A DNA stretch of 64,000 bases, taken from assembly GCA_965262725.1 (NCBI GenBank), contig OZ253555.1, positions 1,024,001 to 1,088,000 on the forward strand. The letters run 5' to 3'. This document shows positions 8,453 to 18,274 of this stretch, one piece after another (position 1 is the stretch's first letter; each line of letters starts with the position of its first letter). The translations under genes were made by a program, and so were the position numbers. This DNA comes from Dehalococcoidia bacterium (GTDB lineage: Bacteria; Chloroflexota; Dehalococcoidia; UBA2979). The notes under the pieces are model-generated. The model was not told the DNA's origin, searched no databases, and saw only the letters and a program-made list of their open reading frames with translations.

Positions 8453-10638
8453 GCCAGCGACTGCGTGACGCGCTCAACATCCGCCACCGCATCTCGACGC
8501 AGATCTACGTCGGGATCGGCGGCGCCGTCGCCCTGACGCTCGCGGCGAGCCTCGTCGGCTGGTTCTCGTTCAATCGCGTCGGCGACTTTCAGAGCCGGGT
8601 CAACGAGCGAAGCGTCCCGGAGCTCTCCGCAGCGTTCGGCGTGGCCCAGTTCAGCGGTGTTCTCGTCGACGCCGCGCCGCGACTGACCGGAGCGGCGACG
8701 CTCGACGAGGTTGCTGCCGTATCAATCGCTATCGACGAGGCACATGCGGCGTTCGAGGCGGAGCTGTCAGTTCTGGAGACGAGCAACACCGCGAACGAGC
8801 GCTTCGCGCGCGTCCACTCCCATTCGAACACGCTCATCTCCAATATCGTTGCCATCAAGAATGCGAAGGAAGAGCTGTTCGTTGTCTCCGCTCAACGAGA
8901 TGATCTCTTGATGGAGCTCGACGAGGTCCGCACTCGTCTTGAGGACCTGCTCATCCCGGCACTCGATGACCAGCTCTTCTATACCGTAACGGGCTACAGT
9001 GAGCTCGACGAGCCTGCCTCCGATCCTCTCGAGCACTTCACCGAGTCGGAGTTCAACCGCTTCCGCTATCTGGCCGAGTTGCAGGCGGATGCGAACCTGT
9101 CGACACAGCTTCTGGCCAGCGCGTTCGGCCTCTCGGACCCATCCTTCATCGAGCCACTGCGCGAACGTTTCGAGGCCTCGACGGCCCGTGTCGCTCGAAA
9201 CCTGGACTCTCTGGAGGAATCTGAGCTGCGTGCCGAGCTCGCTGCGAGTTTTGGCCGGTTGCTTGGCCTGGGCATCGGTGAGGAGAACGGCTTCGATGTG
9301 ATCGCCACGGGGCTCCTGCTTGAGAATTCGCAGAGGGATCTTCTCGACGAGAATCGCGATATCGCCATCGACCTCGTCGCCGAGATCGACGGCATCGTGG
9401 ACGCGGCGAGCGCGAGCGCGCAGGAGGCAACCCTCGCCTCGTTGGAGGCGATTCAGACGGGCCGCACGCTGCTGCTCGCGATCAGCGCCCTAAGCCTCGC
9501 CGGGGCGCTACTGATCGCGTGGCTCTACGTCTGGCGGGTCCTGCTGCGCCGCCTCGAGGCACTGGCCAACTGGATGCGCCGGATGGCTGGCGGGGACTTG
9601 GAGGCGCAGGTCGCCATCGGTGGACAGGACGAGGTCGCGGAGATGGCCGCGGCCCTGGAGGTGTTTCGTCGACACGCGCTGGAGGTCCAGCGTCTGAACC
9701 TCGTGGAGAAGCTCGCGGGAGAGCTACAGGATAAGAATGGCGAGCTGGAGACCGTGCTGGCCGACCTACGCCGTGCGCAGGACCAGATCGTCGTTCGCGA
9801 GAAGCTCGCTGCTCTCGGTCAGCTGACCGCAGGTGTGGCTCATGAGATCAGGAATCCGTTGAACTTCGTCAAGAACTTCTCGGAGTCGTCGGCTGAACTT
9901 CTCGTCGAACTGCGAGAGACCTTCGACGAAATCGGCGATAGCGTGCCGGACGAGCATCGGGAGCTCATAGCAGAGATATCGAGCGACCTGACCGAGAACC
10001 TGGAGCGCATACGCAGCCACGGCGAGCGCGCCGATCGGATCGTGCAGGACATGCTGATGATGGGACGCGACTCGGGTGAGTGGCAATCGTTCGACATCAA
10101 TCGACTGCTCGACGAACACGCGAGGCTTGCCTATCACAGCGCGCGGGCATCCGATCCTGATTTTCAACTCGACCTGCAGCAAGAGCTCGATCCCGACGTT
10201 GGCGAGATGACGGTCATCCCGCAGGATCTCGGTCGGGTCTTCCTCAACATGGTGGGGAACGCCTGCGACGCGACCGACGATAAGCGCCGCGCCCTGGCGG
10301 GGAGCCCCGGCGGCACCGGCACCTACTCTCCGACCGTCCGACTGAGCACGAAGCGCTTAGATGAGGGCGTCGAGGTACGGATCCGCGACAACGGGCATGG
10401 GATACCTCAGGAGATCGCGGACAAGATCTTCAACCCGTTCTTCACCACCAAGCCCACCAACCGCGGAACGGGACTTGGCCTCGCCATATCGAGCGACATA
10501 GTGCGCAAGCACGGCGGAACCATTCGAGTCGAGTCCGAACCTGGCGAGTTCACGGAGATGATCGTCGAGTTGCCCCTGGCCCCGCCCGAGGACGGGCAGG
10601 GCGAGGTCCCTGTGGTGCCGGCGGCGGCCAGCGGTTAG
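8449..10638 (+). CDS. membrane sensor histidine kinase (TorS-like sensor, HAMP, HisKA, HATPase)
   Basis: Two TM segments around a helical sensor, HAMP (GDL...DEVAEMA), H-box AHEIRNPLNF, N-box NACDA, DNG.GI, FFTTKP, GTGLGL. Confidence 0.93.
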   Translation: MSQRLRDALNIRHRISTQIYVGIGGAVALTLAASLVGWFSFNRVGDFQSRVNERSVPELSAAFGVAQFSGVLVDAAPRLTGAATLDEVAAVSIAIDEAHAAFEAELSVLETSNTANERFARVHSHSNTLISNIVAIKNAKEELFVVSAQRDDLLMELDEVRTRLEDLLIPALDDQLFYTVTGYSELDEPASDPLEHFTESEFNRFRYLAELQADANLSTQLLASAFGLSDPSFIEPLRERFEASTARVARNLDSLEESELRAELAASFGRLLGLGIGEENGFDVIATGLLLENSQRDLLDENRDIAIDLVAEIDGIVDAASASAQEATLASLEAIQTGRTLLLAISALSLAGALLIAWLYVWRVLLRRLEALANWMRRMAGGDLEAQVAIGGQDEVAEMAAALEVFRRHALEVQRLNLVEKLAGELQDKNGELETVLADLRRAQDQIVVREKLAALGQLTAGVAHEIRNPLNFVKNFSESSAELLVELRETFDEIGDSVPDEHRELIAEISSDLTENLERIRSHGERADRIVQDMLMMGRDSGEWQSFDINRLLDEHARLAYHSARASDPDFQLDLQQELDPDVGEMTVIPQDLGRVFLNMVGNACDATDDKRRALAGSPGGTGTYSPTVRLSTKRLDEGVEVRIRDNGHGIPQEIADKIFNPFFTTKPTNRGTGLGLAISSDIVRKHGGTIRVESEPGEFTEMIVELPLAPPEDGQGEVPVVPAAASG

Positions 10639-10645
10639 GAGGACG

Positions 10646-12088
10646 GTGCCCGTGCTAGTACGGACTTCCCCGAGCCGGTCCAGGCTGGGCGGGCACGCCC
10701 TCGGCGCCGCGGCCGCCCGCCCAAGGCGCAGCGTCGCGGTGGTGGCCGCGCTCGCGGGCTCGCTCGGCCTCTTCCTCCTGTGGCCCTCGGTCGTGAGCGC
10801 GGCCGGCGTGGATGCGGAGACGGCGTTCGTGCTCAACACGCTGTCGTTCCTCATCTGGGGCGCGCTCGTGATGTGGATGGCTGCCGGGTTCACGATGCTC
10901 GAGGCGGGCTCGGTGCGGACCAAGAACGCCTCGGCGATATGCATGAAGAACCTCGGGGTGTACTCCATCGCGGGTCTCGCCTACTTCGTGGTCGGCTACA
11001 ACCTCATGTACGTCGATGTCGGAGACCTGATCGGCTCCCTGACATTGTTCTACGGGCCGTCCGCCGACGAGGTGGCGCTTGTTGAGGGGCTCGATGTCGC
11101 ATCTGCCGTGATCGCGACCGGCTACTCCTCGATGTCCGACTGGTTCTTTCAGATGGTCTTCGTGGCGACCACGGCATCGATCGTCTCCGGCGCCCTGGCC
11201 GAACGTGCGAAGATGTGGTCGTTCCTCCTCTTCACCCTCGTTCTCACGGCGTTGATCTACCCGGTCGTGGGCGCATGGACATGGGGTGGGGGGTGGCTCG
11301 CCGAGCTGGGCTTCAAGGACTTCGCCGGTTCGACGGTTGTCCACGGGACGGGTGGGTGGGCCGCCCTTGCGGGTGCGATGGTCGTCGGCCCACGTCGTGG
11401 CAAGTTCCGCCCGGATGGCAGCGCCCGCCCGACGCCGCCTTCCAGCGTCGTGGTCGTGACGCTGGGGGTCTTCATCCTGTGGTTCGGGTGGTTCGGCTTT
11501 AACGGCGGTTCGCAGCTTGCGCTCGGGAGCGCGCGCGACGTCGTCGCGATGAGCCTTGTGCTGGTCAACACAAACCTTGCGGCTGCGGCGGGCGTCATGG
11601 CGGCCCTCGTGGTTTCGCGGCCCATCTTGGGTCGCATGAGCCTGCTCGCGGGCCTGAACGGCGGAATTGCGGGACTCGTCTCGATCACGGCCGGTCCCGA
11701 CATCGTGGAGCCGCTGTGGGCCATCGCCATCGGTGCGATCGGGGGCGCCACTTGCACAGGCGGCATCTGGGTCTTGGACAAGCTCCGCATCGATGATGTC
11801 GTCGGAGCGGTGCCAGCGCACCTCTTCGCCGGGATTTGGGGCACGCTCGCCGTCTCGATCGCCGGAGGCGCAAATCTTCTCACGCAGTTCGTCGGCGTGG
11901 TGGCGGTCGGGGCGTTCGCCTTTGGGGTTTCGCTCGTGCTGTGGCGCGTGATCGACATGACGATCGGTGCCCGCGTGTCTCCGGAAGTGGAGCTAGTGGG
12001 ACAGGACGTCGGGGAGCTGGGACTCGAGGCCTACCCCGAGTTCGTTCTGATGCCGGAGGAGGACTTCGCGGGCGACGGCCCGGCCTGA
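10646..12088 (+). CDS. amtB: ammonium transporter
   Basis: WFFQMVF, SGALAER, DFAGSTVVH, WFGWFGFNGGS and DDVVGAVPAH; both pore His residues present. Confidence 0.96.
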   Translation: MPVLVRTSPSRSRLGGHALGAAAARPRRSVAVVAALAGSLGLFLLWPSVVSAAGVDAETAFVLNTLSFLIWGALVMWMAAGFTMLEAGSVRTKNASAICMKNLGVYSIAGLAYFVVGYNLMYVDVGDLIGSLTLFYGPSADEVALVEGLDVASAVIATGYSSMSDWFFQMVFVATTASIVSGALAERAKMWSFLLFTLVLTALIYPVVGAWTWGGGWLAELGFKDFAGSTVVHGTGGWAALAGAMVVGPRRGKFRPDGSARPTPPSSVVVVTLGVFILWFGWFGFNGGSQLALGSARDVVAMSLVLVNTNLAAAAGVMAALVVSRPILGRMSLLAGLNGGIAGLVSITAGPDIVEPLWAIAIGAIGGATCTGGIWVLDKLRIDDVVGAVPAHLFAGIWGTLAVSIAGGANLLTQFVGVVAVGAFAFGVSLVLWRVIDMTIGARVSPEVELVGQDVGELGLEAYPEFVLMPEEDFAGDGPA

Positions 12089-12368
12089 CCGTCGGGGTCG
12101 CGTCTTGGCAACACGCGTCCGCAATTCAGGCACCCGTGACGCTCGAGCCGCGGGAGGGGGTCGGTCCTCGTCAGCTGCCCGACCGGTCATTGGGGGGCAA
12201 CCTATGCTTGAGTCTTCCGACCCGTCGACTCTGGTCGCACACCGAGCGCCGGAACATTCGTACGTAGCACATCATGCCGGTGCTTGCGATCTGCGCGGCA
12301 CGGCGAATGCGCCGGCCCCGGCAGTGTGCTCGGGTCGGTGGTCCGTCGCAGGGCGGTCTGGACGCAGG

Positions 12369-13232
12369 TCATCTCCCGATGCGGTCCGGCGCGGGAGAGC
12401 CGTCGCCGAGCCCGAGGAAGCGCCTCGCGTTCTCCCCCAGGATCGACTCCCTCTCCTCTGCGGATAGAAAGTCGAGGGCCTCGGCGACGAACCCTACCTC
12501 TTCCTCGTAGCCGGCCCGCCCGCGACCCAGCGTCTGTGTGTGATCGCTGCCCCACAGCAGCCGTTCGGCCCCGAACGCCTCCACCGCGCGGCGGGCAAGG
12601 TCGTGCACCTCCGGGAACGGGTAGCCCGAGCGGGAGCGCGCCGGCAGCGTGGAGAGTTTCGCGAGCAGTCGGGGATACCGGGCCAGCCCGAGGAACCTGT
12701 TGAAGGCCGCCTCATCCATCGGCGCGTCGATGAGGGGCAATCCGAGGTGGTCGATGCAGAGCCGCAGGCCGGGGCGGCGTTCAAGCAGTGCCTCCACGTA
12801 ATCGAGCGCGCCGGCCGCCATCACGGTGACCGCGATCTCTAAGCGCTCGCAGGCCGCCCAGAACGGCTCGGCCGCCTCGTCGTTCCCCCACAGCGCGCGG
12901 CCTCGGGCCGTCACGCTCGTTCGGATGCCGCGTAGACCGGGCACCTCGAGCCAGCCCGCCAGGCGCGTTGCCACGTCGGGCGCTGCGACATCGACGAGCC
13001 CCATCACAACGAAGCGGTCGGGGAAGCGCTCCGCGCACTCCAGCGCGTAGTCGTTGCTCGGGTGGACGTAGGCGGGCGGTACGATCACCGCGACATCGAC
13101 CCCGGCACGGTCCATCATCGGCAGGAATTGCTCGGGCCCGAACGGCTCGGGGAGGCTGGTCGGGATGCCCCGCCGCCACGGGCGGTCCGGCCGCTCCGTC
13201 TCCCACAGGTGGATCTGCATGTCGACCCTCAT
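12369..13232 (-). CDS. amidohydrolase_2 family protein
   Basis: D.QIH, IDHLG, AKLS, FGAERLLWGSD, ILGENARR. Confidence 0.9.
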   Translation of the reverse strand: MRVDMQIHLWETERPDRPWRRGIPTSLPEPFGPEQFLPMMDRAGVDVAVIVPPAYVHPSNDYALECAERFPDRFVVMGLVDVAAPDVATRLAGWLEVPGLRGIRTSVTARGRALWGNDEAAEPFWAACERLEIAVTVMAAGALDYVEALLERRPGLRLCIDHLGLPLIDAPMDEAAFNRFLGLARYPRLLAKLSTLPARSRSGYPFPEVHDLARRAVEAFGAERLLWGSDHTQTLGRGRAGYEEEVGFVAEALDFLSAEERESILGENARRFLGLGDGSPAPDRIGR

Positions 13233-13451
13233 CGTTCGGTCCCTCCGGATGCCCGTCGGACGACTGCCCCGGGGTCGTCCGAGAAGATCGGGGCGTCGGC
13301 GACGAACTCCACGGATGGTCCGCCACGACTGCTGTACGACGCTACACCTTCGCGTCGACGATCTTTAGGATGCCGCCGTGTGTGTCGATCGCCAAGGTCC
13401 TTGAGCCAGTCTGGGCAGCCGGCAGGCGGCTAGATGTCATCGGGCGCCTGG

Positions 13452-13703
13452 CCGGCCCGCGGCATCAAGGAACTCCGGCATACTGCCGCCTCGCTTCTCC
13501 ACGCGCAGGGGCTCTCCCCCTGCGCGCTCATGGAGATGGTCGGGCATTCCGACGTGCGGATCACGCTCAACACGTACACCGACGTCTTCGACGAGAACCG
13601 TCGTCGCGCTGCGGAGCGGATGGACGCCGCCCTCGGCGCCGAACGTGAATGGGACCACCGCCGGGCGGTCGGAGCCGAGGAAGTCGATCCTAGGTTGAAA
13701 AAG
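13452..13703 (+). pseudogene. tyrosine integrase C-terminal relic, a diverged copy of 61,508-61,784
   Basis: GIKELRHTAASLL...GHSDVRITLNTY aligns with the intact integrase, with scattered substitutions; no N-terminal part. Confidence 0.9.
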
Positions 13704-13748
13704 TGGTCGGGGAGACAGGATTTGAACCTGCGACCTCCTGACCCCCAG
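13704..13748 (-). repeat. att core: 45-bp duplicate of the tRNA-Pro 3' half
   Basis: TGGTCGGGGAGACAGGATTTGAACCTGCGACCTCCTGACCCCCAG is identical to 61,785-61,829 and diverges just past the anticodon loop. Confidence 0.95.
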
Positions 13749-13855
13749 ATTGGCTTGCCACGCGCACGGACGCGCACCACCGCGCACACAGGTTTGATTC
13801 CGGCGCCGAGAACGTACGCATACGCACGGACGCGCAGGTCCGCGCACCGGCGAAT

Positions 13856-13874
13856 GGGACCACGAAAGGGACCA
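13856..13874 (+). repeat. putative integrase arm-type sites (GGGACCACGAAA GGGACCA)
   Basis: Same 12-bp unit as 61,708-61,739, inside the opposite end of the element. Confidence 0.7.
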
Positions 13875-14036
13875 TGACGGTGTGATCGCGGGAGATCGCT
13901 TGGCGTGCGGCAGCGGCACCGATGCGGCCGTGTGCCCGCCGACAATGCGAGGCCCCAACGGGTCTTGAGTTCCGGTCTCGCCGCCCCGCTGCATCCGGAT
14001 GCGACCGGCAGTGGAAGGGCCACTTTTGCCGTATCC

Positions 14037-14696
14037 CTATTCGGACGCGCTTGACGGGATATCGAGGGTCAGCGGCGTGTCTCCGGAGGCATTCCGATCC
14101 GTGTGCCACACTGCGCGCCACCTCCCTCTGTCATCAACGGTATCTGGCCACAGGTCGACATAGGGACCTTCAACGTCGGTTCCGGGAAAGAACGGCTCAT
14201 CCTGAAGCAGCGTCCAGTGATACGAATGATCATTGCTTTCCTCACTTGGTGCCCTCTTCCACCCAGCCGCGGCGCCCGACGATTGAGAAGGTCTATCGCC
14301 GTAGTAGCTCTGCATTCTTCCCTGTGGGTCCTCAAGCCATACCTCAAGGCGATAGGCGTTCACTAATGCACCATTCTTCGGATTCGAGAATACGGTGCGA
14401 CATATCTCCATATCCCAATCCGGTAGGGGTCTTCTCTCGACGCGGACCTGCAGTCTCTGATGAGGAAAGAGGGTTCGTAGTTCCACGTAGGCGGCCACGA
14501 TTGAGAGTACCGTCGCAAGCACGCCCACTCCCGCGATCCACGCCGCTACTTGCGCGATTGCTTGGCCGTCTGTCGGCGGCCACGTGTGCCAAGCTGCCCA
14601 TGCCAGAAGCACGAATGCCACGATGACCAGGGCGAAGGCGGCTACTAGCAGACGGAATGACAGCCGACTGTTCACTTCGAGTTCCCCGACGTGCAT
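14037..14696 (-). CDS. hypothetical membrane protein
   Basis: Two N-terminal TM helices plus a soluble domain; no recognised motif. Confidence 0.55.
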   Translation of the reverse strand: MHVGELEVNSRLSFRLLVAAFALVIVAFVLLAWAAWHTWPPTDGQAIAQVAAWIAGVGVLATVLSIVAAYVELRTLFPHQRLQVRVERRPLPDWDMEICRTVFSNPKNGALVNAYRLEVWLEDPQGRMQSYYGDRPSQSSGAAAGWKRAPSEESNDHSYHWTLLQDEPFFPGTDVEGPYVDLWPDTVDDRGRWRAVWHTDRNASGDTPLTLDIPSSASE

Positions 14697-15469
14697 CTGC
14701 GCGCTCCGCAGGGGGTGGAGGTGCGACTGCGGGCAACTAGGCCACTAGCCAAGCCCGGTGACATCACGCGCATCGGGACCGCCCGGAAGCCGACATCCTG
14801 CCCGGGAGTCACGCCGATCGAGTACAGAAGCGTGGGGCGGACCCAGCGCAGCAACCCGCCGGACGCAGTATCCGCTGAGGTCATCGTTGGTGCCCTACGC
14901 CGACCCTCGGCGCCCCCCGTGCCAGCACGGCCGCGCCCGGGCCAGTGGCTGACGCTACAGCAGGCGAACGGCCGACTAGTCTACGATCTCGCCCGCCGCT
15001 CTGTGGCTGACCGGCGCCACTAGCAGCACCTTGCCAGCTCGGGAGGTCGGGCAAGTCATCTACGAACCAGAGGGCGAAGCCCGCCAGCCAGCGGCCCCGA
15101 TGTTCAGCGCCGAGGCGAGGAAACTCGCCTCAGCCGTGTTGGACGGATGGACGAACACCTTGATGAACACGCCCGCCTCGCTGTCGACCCTCCGACAGAC
15201 GATCCGATTCGTCCGACCCGGGGCTTGGCGCGAGCTGCGCCGATATGTGAACGAACGGGACATCCGGGAAGCAGTACGAGCGTTCTTGGTCCGCCAGGAA
15301 CGACTGAGCAGGGGCGACCTCGCTCCCGGGCGAGTACTGGGGCCCGTCCGGCGTACTTCCACCAGAGGTCTGGGCGAGCATGTGGCGCGCTCAGCACCGT
15401 GCGTACGTCCGGTTGTGGGGTGCCGACATTGGCGCCGCAGCGGCCGACAGTGGGACCATGCCACGTGCG

Positions 15470-16273
15470 ATGAATGCCCCACACGTCGACGCGTTGGTTT
15501 TCAGAATCGAGCATGGCCCTGCCGTGGCCTACAGCGACGATGCGCCGTCCATCGATCACGAGGAGCCAGGGTTCCGAGTAACACTCAAGGACGGAACCGT
15601 ACGCTTCGCCCTCAAGGAGCATCACGCGACTGAGGAAGAAGCGCTGGAGGCGGTGCTTCCGTACATCCGGGGCTGGGAACTGGACGCCAGCCTCCACGCG
15701 TGCCCGGGAGACTTCCGGTTGCGATTGGACCGGGCAGAAGTCATCGATCGACAACGGCCACAGTCGAAGCAAAGGACCCTCAACGTCTCCGCGTCCCGCA
15801 TCGCCGTACGCTGGACCACCGGGAACGTGAAGGTAACTCTTACGCGGCCTGCCTATCCCTCGCCACCAGCGGGCGTGACTCTCAGGGCGGACGACCCCGA
15901 CGTGGAGACCATGTACGACCGGTTGTCCCGGTACTACGCGGGGCACGAACCCCTGCCGAGCATGGTGTACTTCTGTCTCACCATGCTTGAGTACCGGTCG
16001 CCGGGGCGTGGACGGCAACAGAGACATGGTGCTGCCGTGCACCACCACATCAGCAAGCGGGTTCTCACGGAGATCGCGAAGCTCGCGTCCAACGGGGGAG
16101 GAGTTGGCTCGGCGCGCAAGGCGTCTGCCACTAGTACCGAGCTCTCGCAGCCGGAATCGCGTTTCCTCGAAGCGGCGGTCAAGATGATCATCCGCAGGGC
16201 TGCCGAGGTAGCCCAAGACCCCGACGCAGCCCTCCCGACGATCACGCTCGCGGATCTTCCTGAGCGCTCCTGA
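15470..16273 (+). CDS. hypothetical protein (possible ApeA/HEPN-like architecture)
   Basis: Natural globular composition from MNAPHVD...; beta-rich N-half and helical C-half (YFCLTMLE); family uncertain. Confidence 0.6.
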   Translation: MNAPHVDALVFRIEHGPAVAYSDDAPSIDHEEPGFRVTLKDGTVRFALKEHHATEEEALEAVLPYIRGWELDASLHACPGDFRLRLDRAEVIDRQRPQSKQRTLNVSASRIAVRWTTGNVKVTLTRPAYPSPPAGVTLRADDPDVETMYDRLSRYYAGHEPLPSMVYFCLTMLEYRSPGRGRQQRHGAAVHHHISKRVLTEIAKLASNGGGVGSARKASATSTELSQPESRFLEAAVKMIIRRAAEVAQDPDAALPTITLADLPERS

Positions 16274-16449
16274 CTGGGGCCGGAGCACCACCGGCCCGGC
16301 TACTTCCACCACAACGCGAGGGTGAGAACGCGCCGCAGCCACAGCAGCAACAGCGCCCGCCTGCCGGCGGGTGCCGTGTTCCGTCCGGCCGCTGCACAAT
16401 CGTCAGCCACCCAGCAGGCGCCGTGGACGCCTGACTGGAGGAGCCCCTC

Positions 16450-17149
16450 TTGCTCAGCATTCGCAAGTTCGATGCAGTCGTCTTCGACCTGTGGGGCACG
16501 CTGGTCGACGATCCGGCGAGCGATCCGGGATACGTGCGGATGACGAAAGAGGTCGCGGCCCTGCTTGGCGTGGACCAACCAGACGGAATTCGCGAGTGCG
16601 TGGTCCGCCGCATGGTCCGCGCGCGTTGTAGGTGACCTCCCGTCGACGGAGGCTGCCCATGTCCACGTGTGCAGGAAGCTCGGGGTTGAGCCGGACCCGG
16701 ACAGCGTGCGTGCCTCCGTCGAGGTTCGGTACGCCTACATCCGCGGAGCCTTGGCGGCCGTCCGCCCCGGGATATCAGAGGCGCTGGCTGAGCTGGCGGA
16801 GGCTGGCTACCGGATTGGCCTCGTCAGCAATTGCAGTGTTGAAACCTCCCGGTTGTGGGCGTCCACGACCATTGCCGACCTTATCGGAACAGCCGTGCTC
16901 TCCTGCGATGTGGGCCTTGCCAAGCCCGATCCCCGCATCTACGCGCTCGCTACCCAACGGATGGATGTCGTACCCAAGCGCTGCCTCTTCGTCGCGGATG
17001 GTAGTGAAGACGAACTCAGTGGTGCGACGACGGTGGGCATGACGGCCGTGCTCATGCGTGCCCCGTACGACATCGAGGACGGTTCCCGCCAAGGTTGGGA
17101 CGGTCTCAGGATTTCGGCGATCCCGGATGTCCTGAGGATAGTGGGATGA
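16450..17149 (+). pseudogene. HAD family hydrolase, frameshifted near 16,580
   Basis: Motif I (VVFDLWGTL) in ORF 16450..16635; motifs II-IV (VSN, KPDPRIY, FVADG..DE) in ORF 16565..17149, a different frame. Confidence 0.8.
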
Positions 17150-17261
17150 GTTCGTCCCAGATGCCACTCATCGCTGGGGACGCAGGCGGACACACGGGAC
17201 TACCAGAGACCAGTTGCCTCTCCGTCGATGTGGGTTACCTCTGAGGACGGCGGGTGTGAAC

Positions 17262-17548
17262 AGCGATCGGCGCCGCCGCCGCGCAAGCAAGCGCTCCGCG
17301 CGGCGCCGACGCTCGGTCCGTACGCGGACGTCATCCGAGAGTGGCTCGTCGCCGAGTACGGCGCGAGGGTCGCCGAGGCGACGGTCCGCGGCTGCGTCGC
17401 CCGGCTCCGGCGCGAACGCCAACGCCGGCGACTGCTCCAGCCCGTGATCGAGCGCGTCGATCTGGACATCGAGTCGGAGCTGATCGGCGGAATCGCCCCC
17501 ACGCCAAGGTGATGACGGCGCCTGTAGGGTTGGTGGAGACCGGGGAGG
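17262..17548 (+). pseudogene. chimeric relic: internally deleted IS21 istA fragment joined to a large serine recombinase C-terminus and an ssrA-like att motif
   Basis: PPPRKQA.RAAPTLGPY..VIREWL matches IstA at 23.5 kb; RRLLQPVIERVDLDIES..IGGIAPTP matches the relic at 32.8 kb. Confidence 0.75.
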
Positions 17549-18080
17549 ATCTGGCTCCAAGATGTCCAACTGCCGACGCTCGTTCATCCCGTGCCCGCGC
17601 ATTTGTCGGCATACGGACTTGTGTGGCAACTCGGGTGAGACGCGTGCCCGGGCGCACCGGGCCCCTGCTCGCGCGGGGTTTCGCGCCCATGGTCGGCCAA
17701 GAGGCGTGATGTCTGGACCCTTGGCAGAAGTGCGGCGGGGCCCATTCTCAATGGAAACACGGTCAGGCCCGATCGGGTCGCCTCGCACCTTCTTCGCCGA
17801 GTCTGGGTCGCTGGGACTACGGGTCGCGCGACCAAGGGCTTATGAGATCTTGAGAATCGGTGTTGGTTGGTCCCTGGACGTCCCGACGCTGGGGCCAACC
17901 GCCGGGTAGTTCAGCCGGGGCATCGTTTGGGGTGAGCCACATGACGAGCAAGCTGACGCTGTTCGACGACATTGAGCGCTCCGATGAGCGTCGCAAGCGC
18001 CTGACGCAGTCCAGTTTCCTCGGTGAGTTGCTGGACCTCCCGGAGGACTGGCCCGGCGAGCGGAGCCGCCCCACGTTCGA

Positions 18081-18270
18081 CTAACCCCTCTTCCGCCCCA
18101 GATTGAGCGCCAGCAGCCGCCCCAGCAGTTCCTCCTCCGACAGCGTGTGCGGTGCGGCGGACTCCGGCCAGCCGTAGGCGGCGAAGACGGCCGCGTCGAG
18201 GGCGGCGTGGAGGTGGGAGAGCCAAGCCGGGCGGGCGTTGTAGAGGTTGGTGAGCGTTGTGTATCTCGCC
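18081..18270 (-). pseudogene. C-terminal relic of an MmeI-like type IIL R-M enzyme
   Basis: TLTNLYNARPAWL..LHAALDAAVFAAYGWP...EELL.RLLALN. Confidence 0.75.
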
Positions 18271-18274
18271 TGCG

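Noticed and set aside
13704-13748. Second tRNA-Pro gene
   Set aside because: Only the 3' 45 nt are present (no D-arm or 5' acceptor strand); this is an att site
14700-15460. ORFs 14691..15023 and 15031..15633
   Set aside because: No recognisable motifs or good starts; possibly relics, but unsupported
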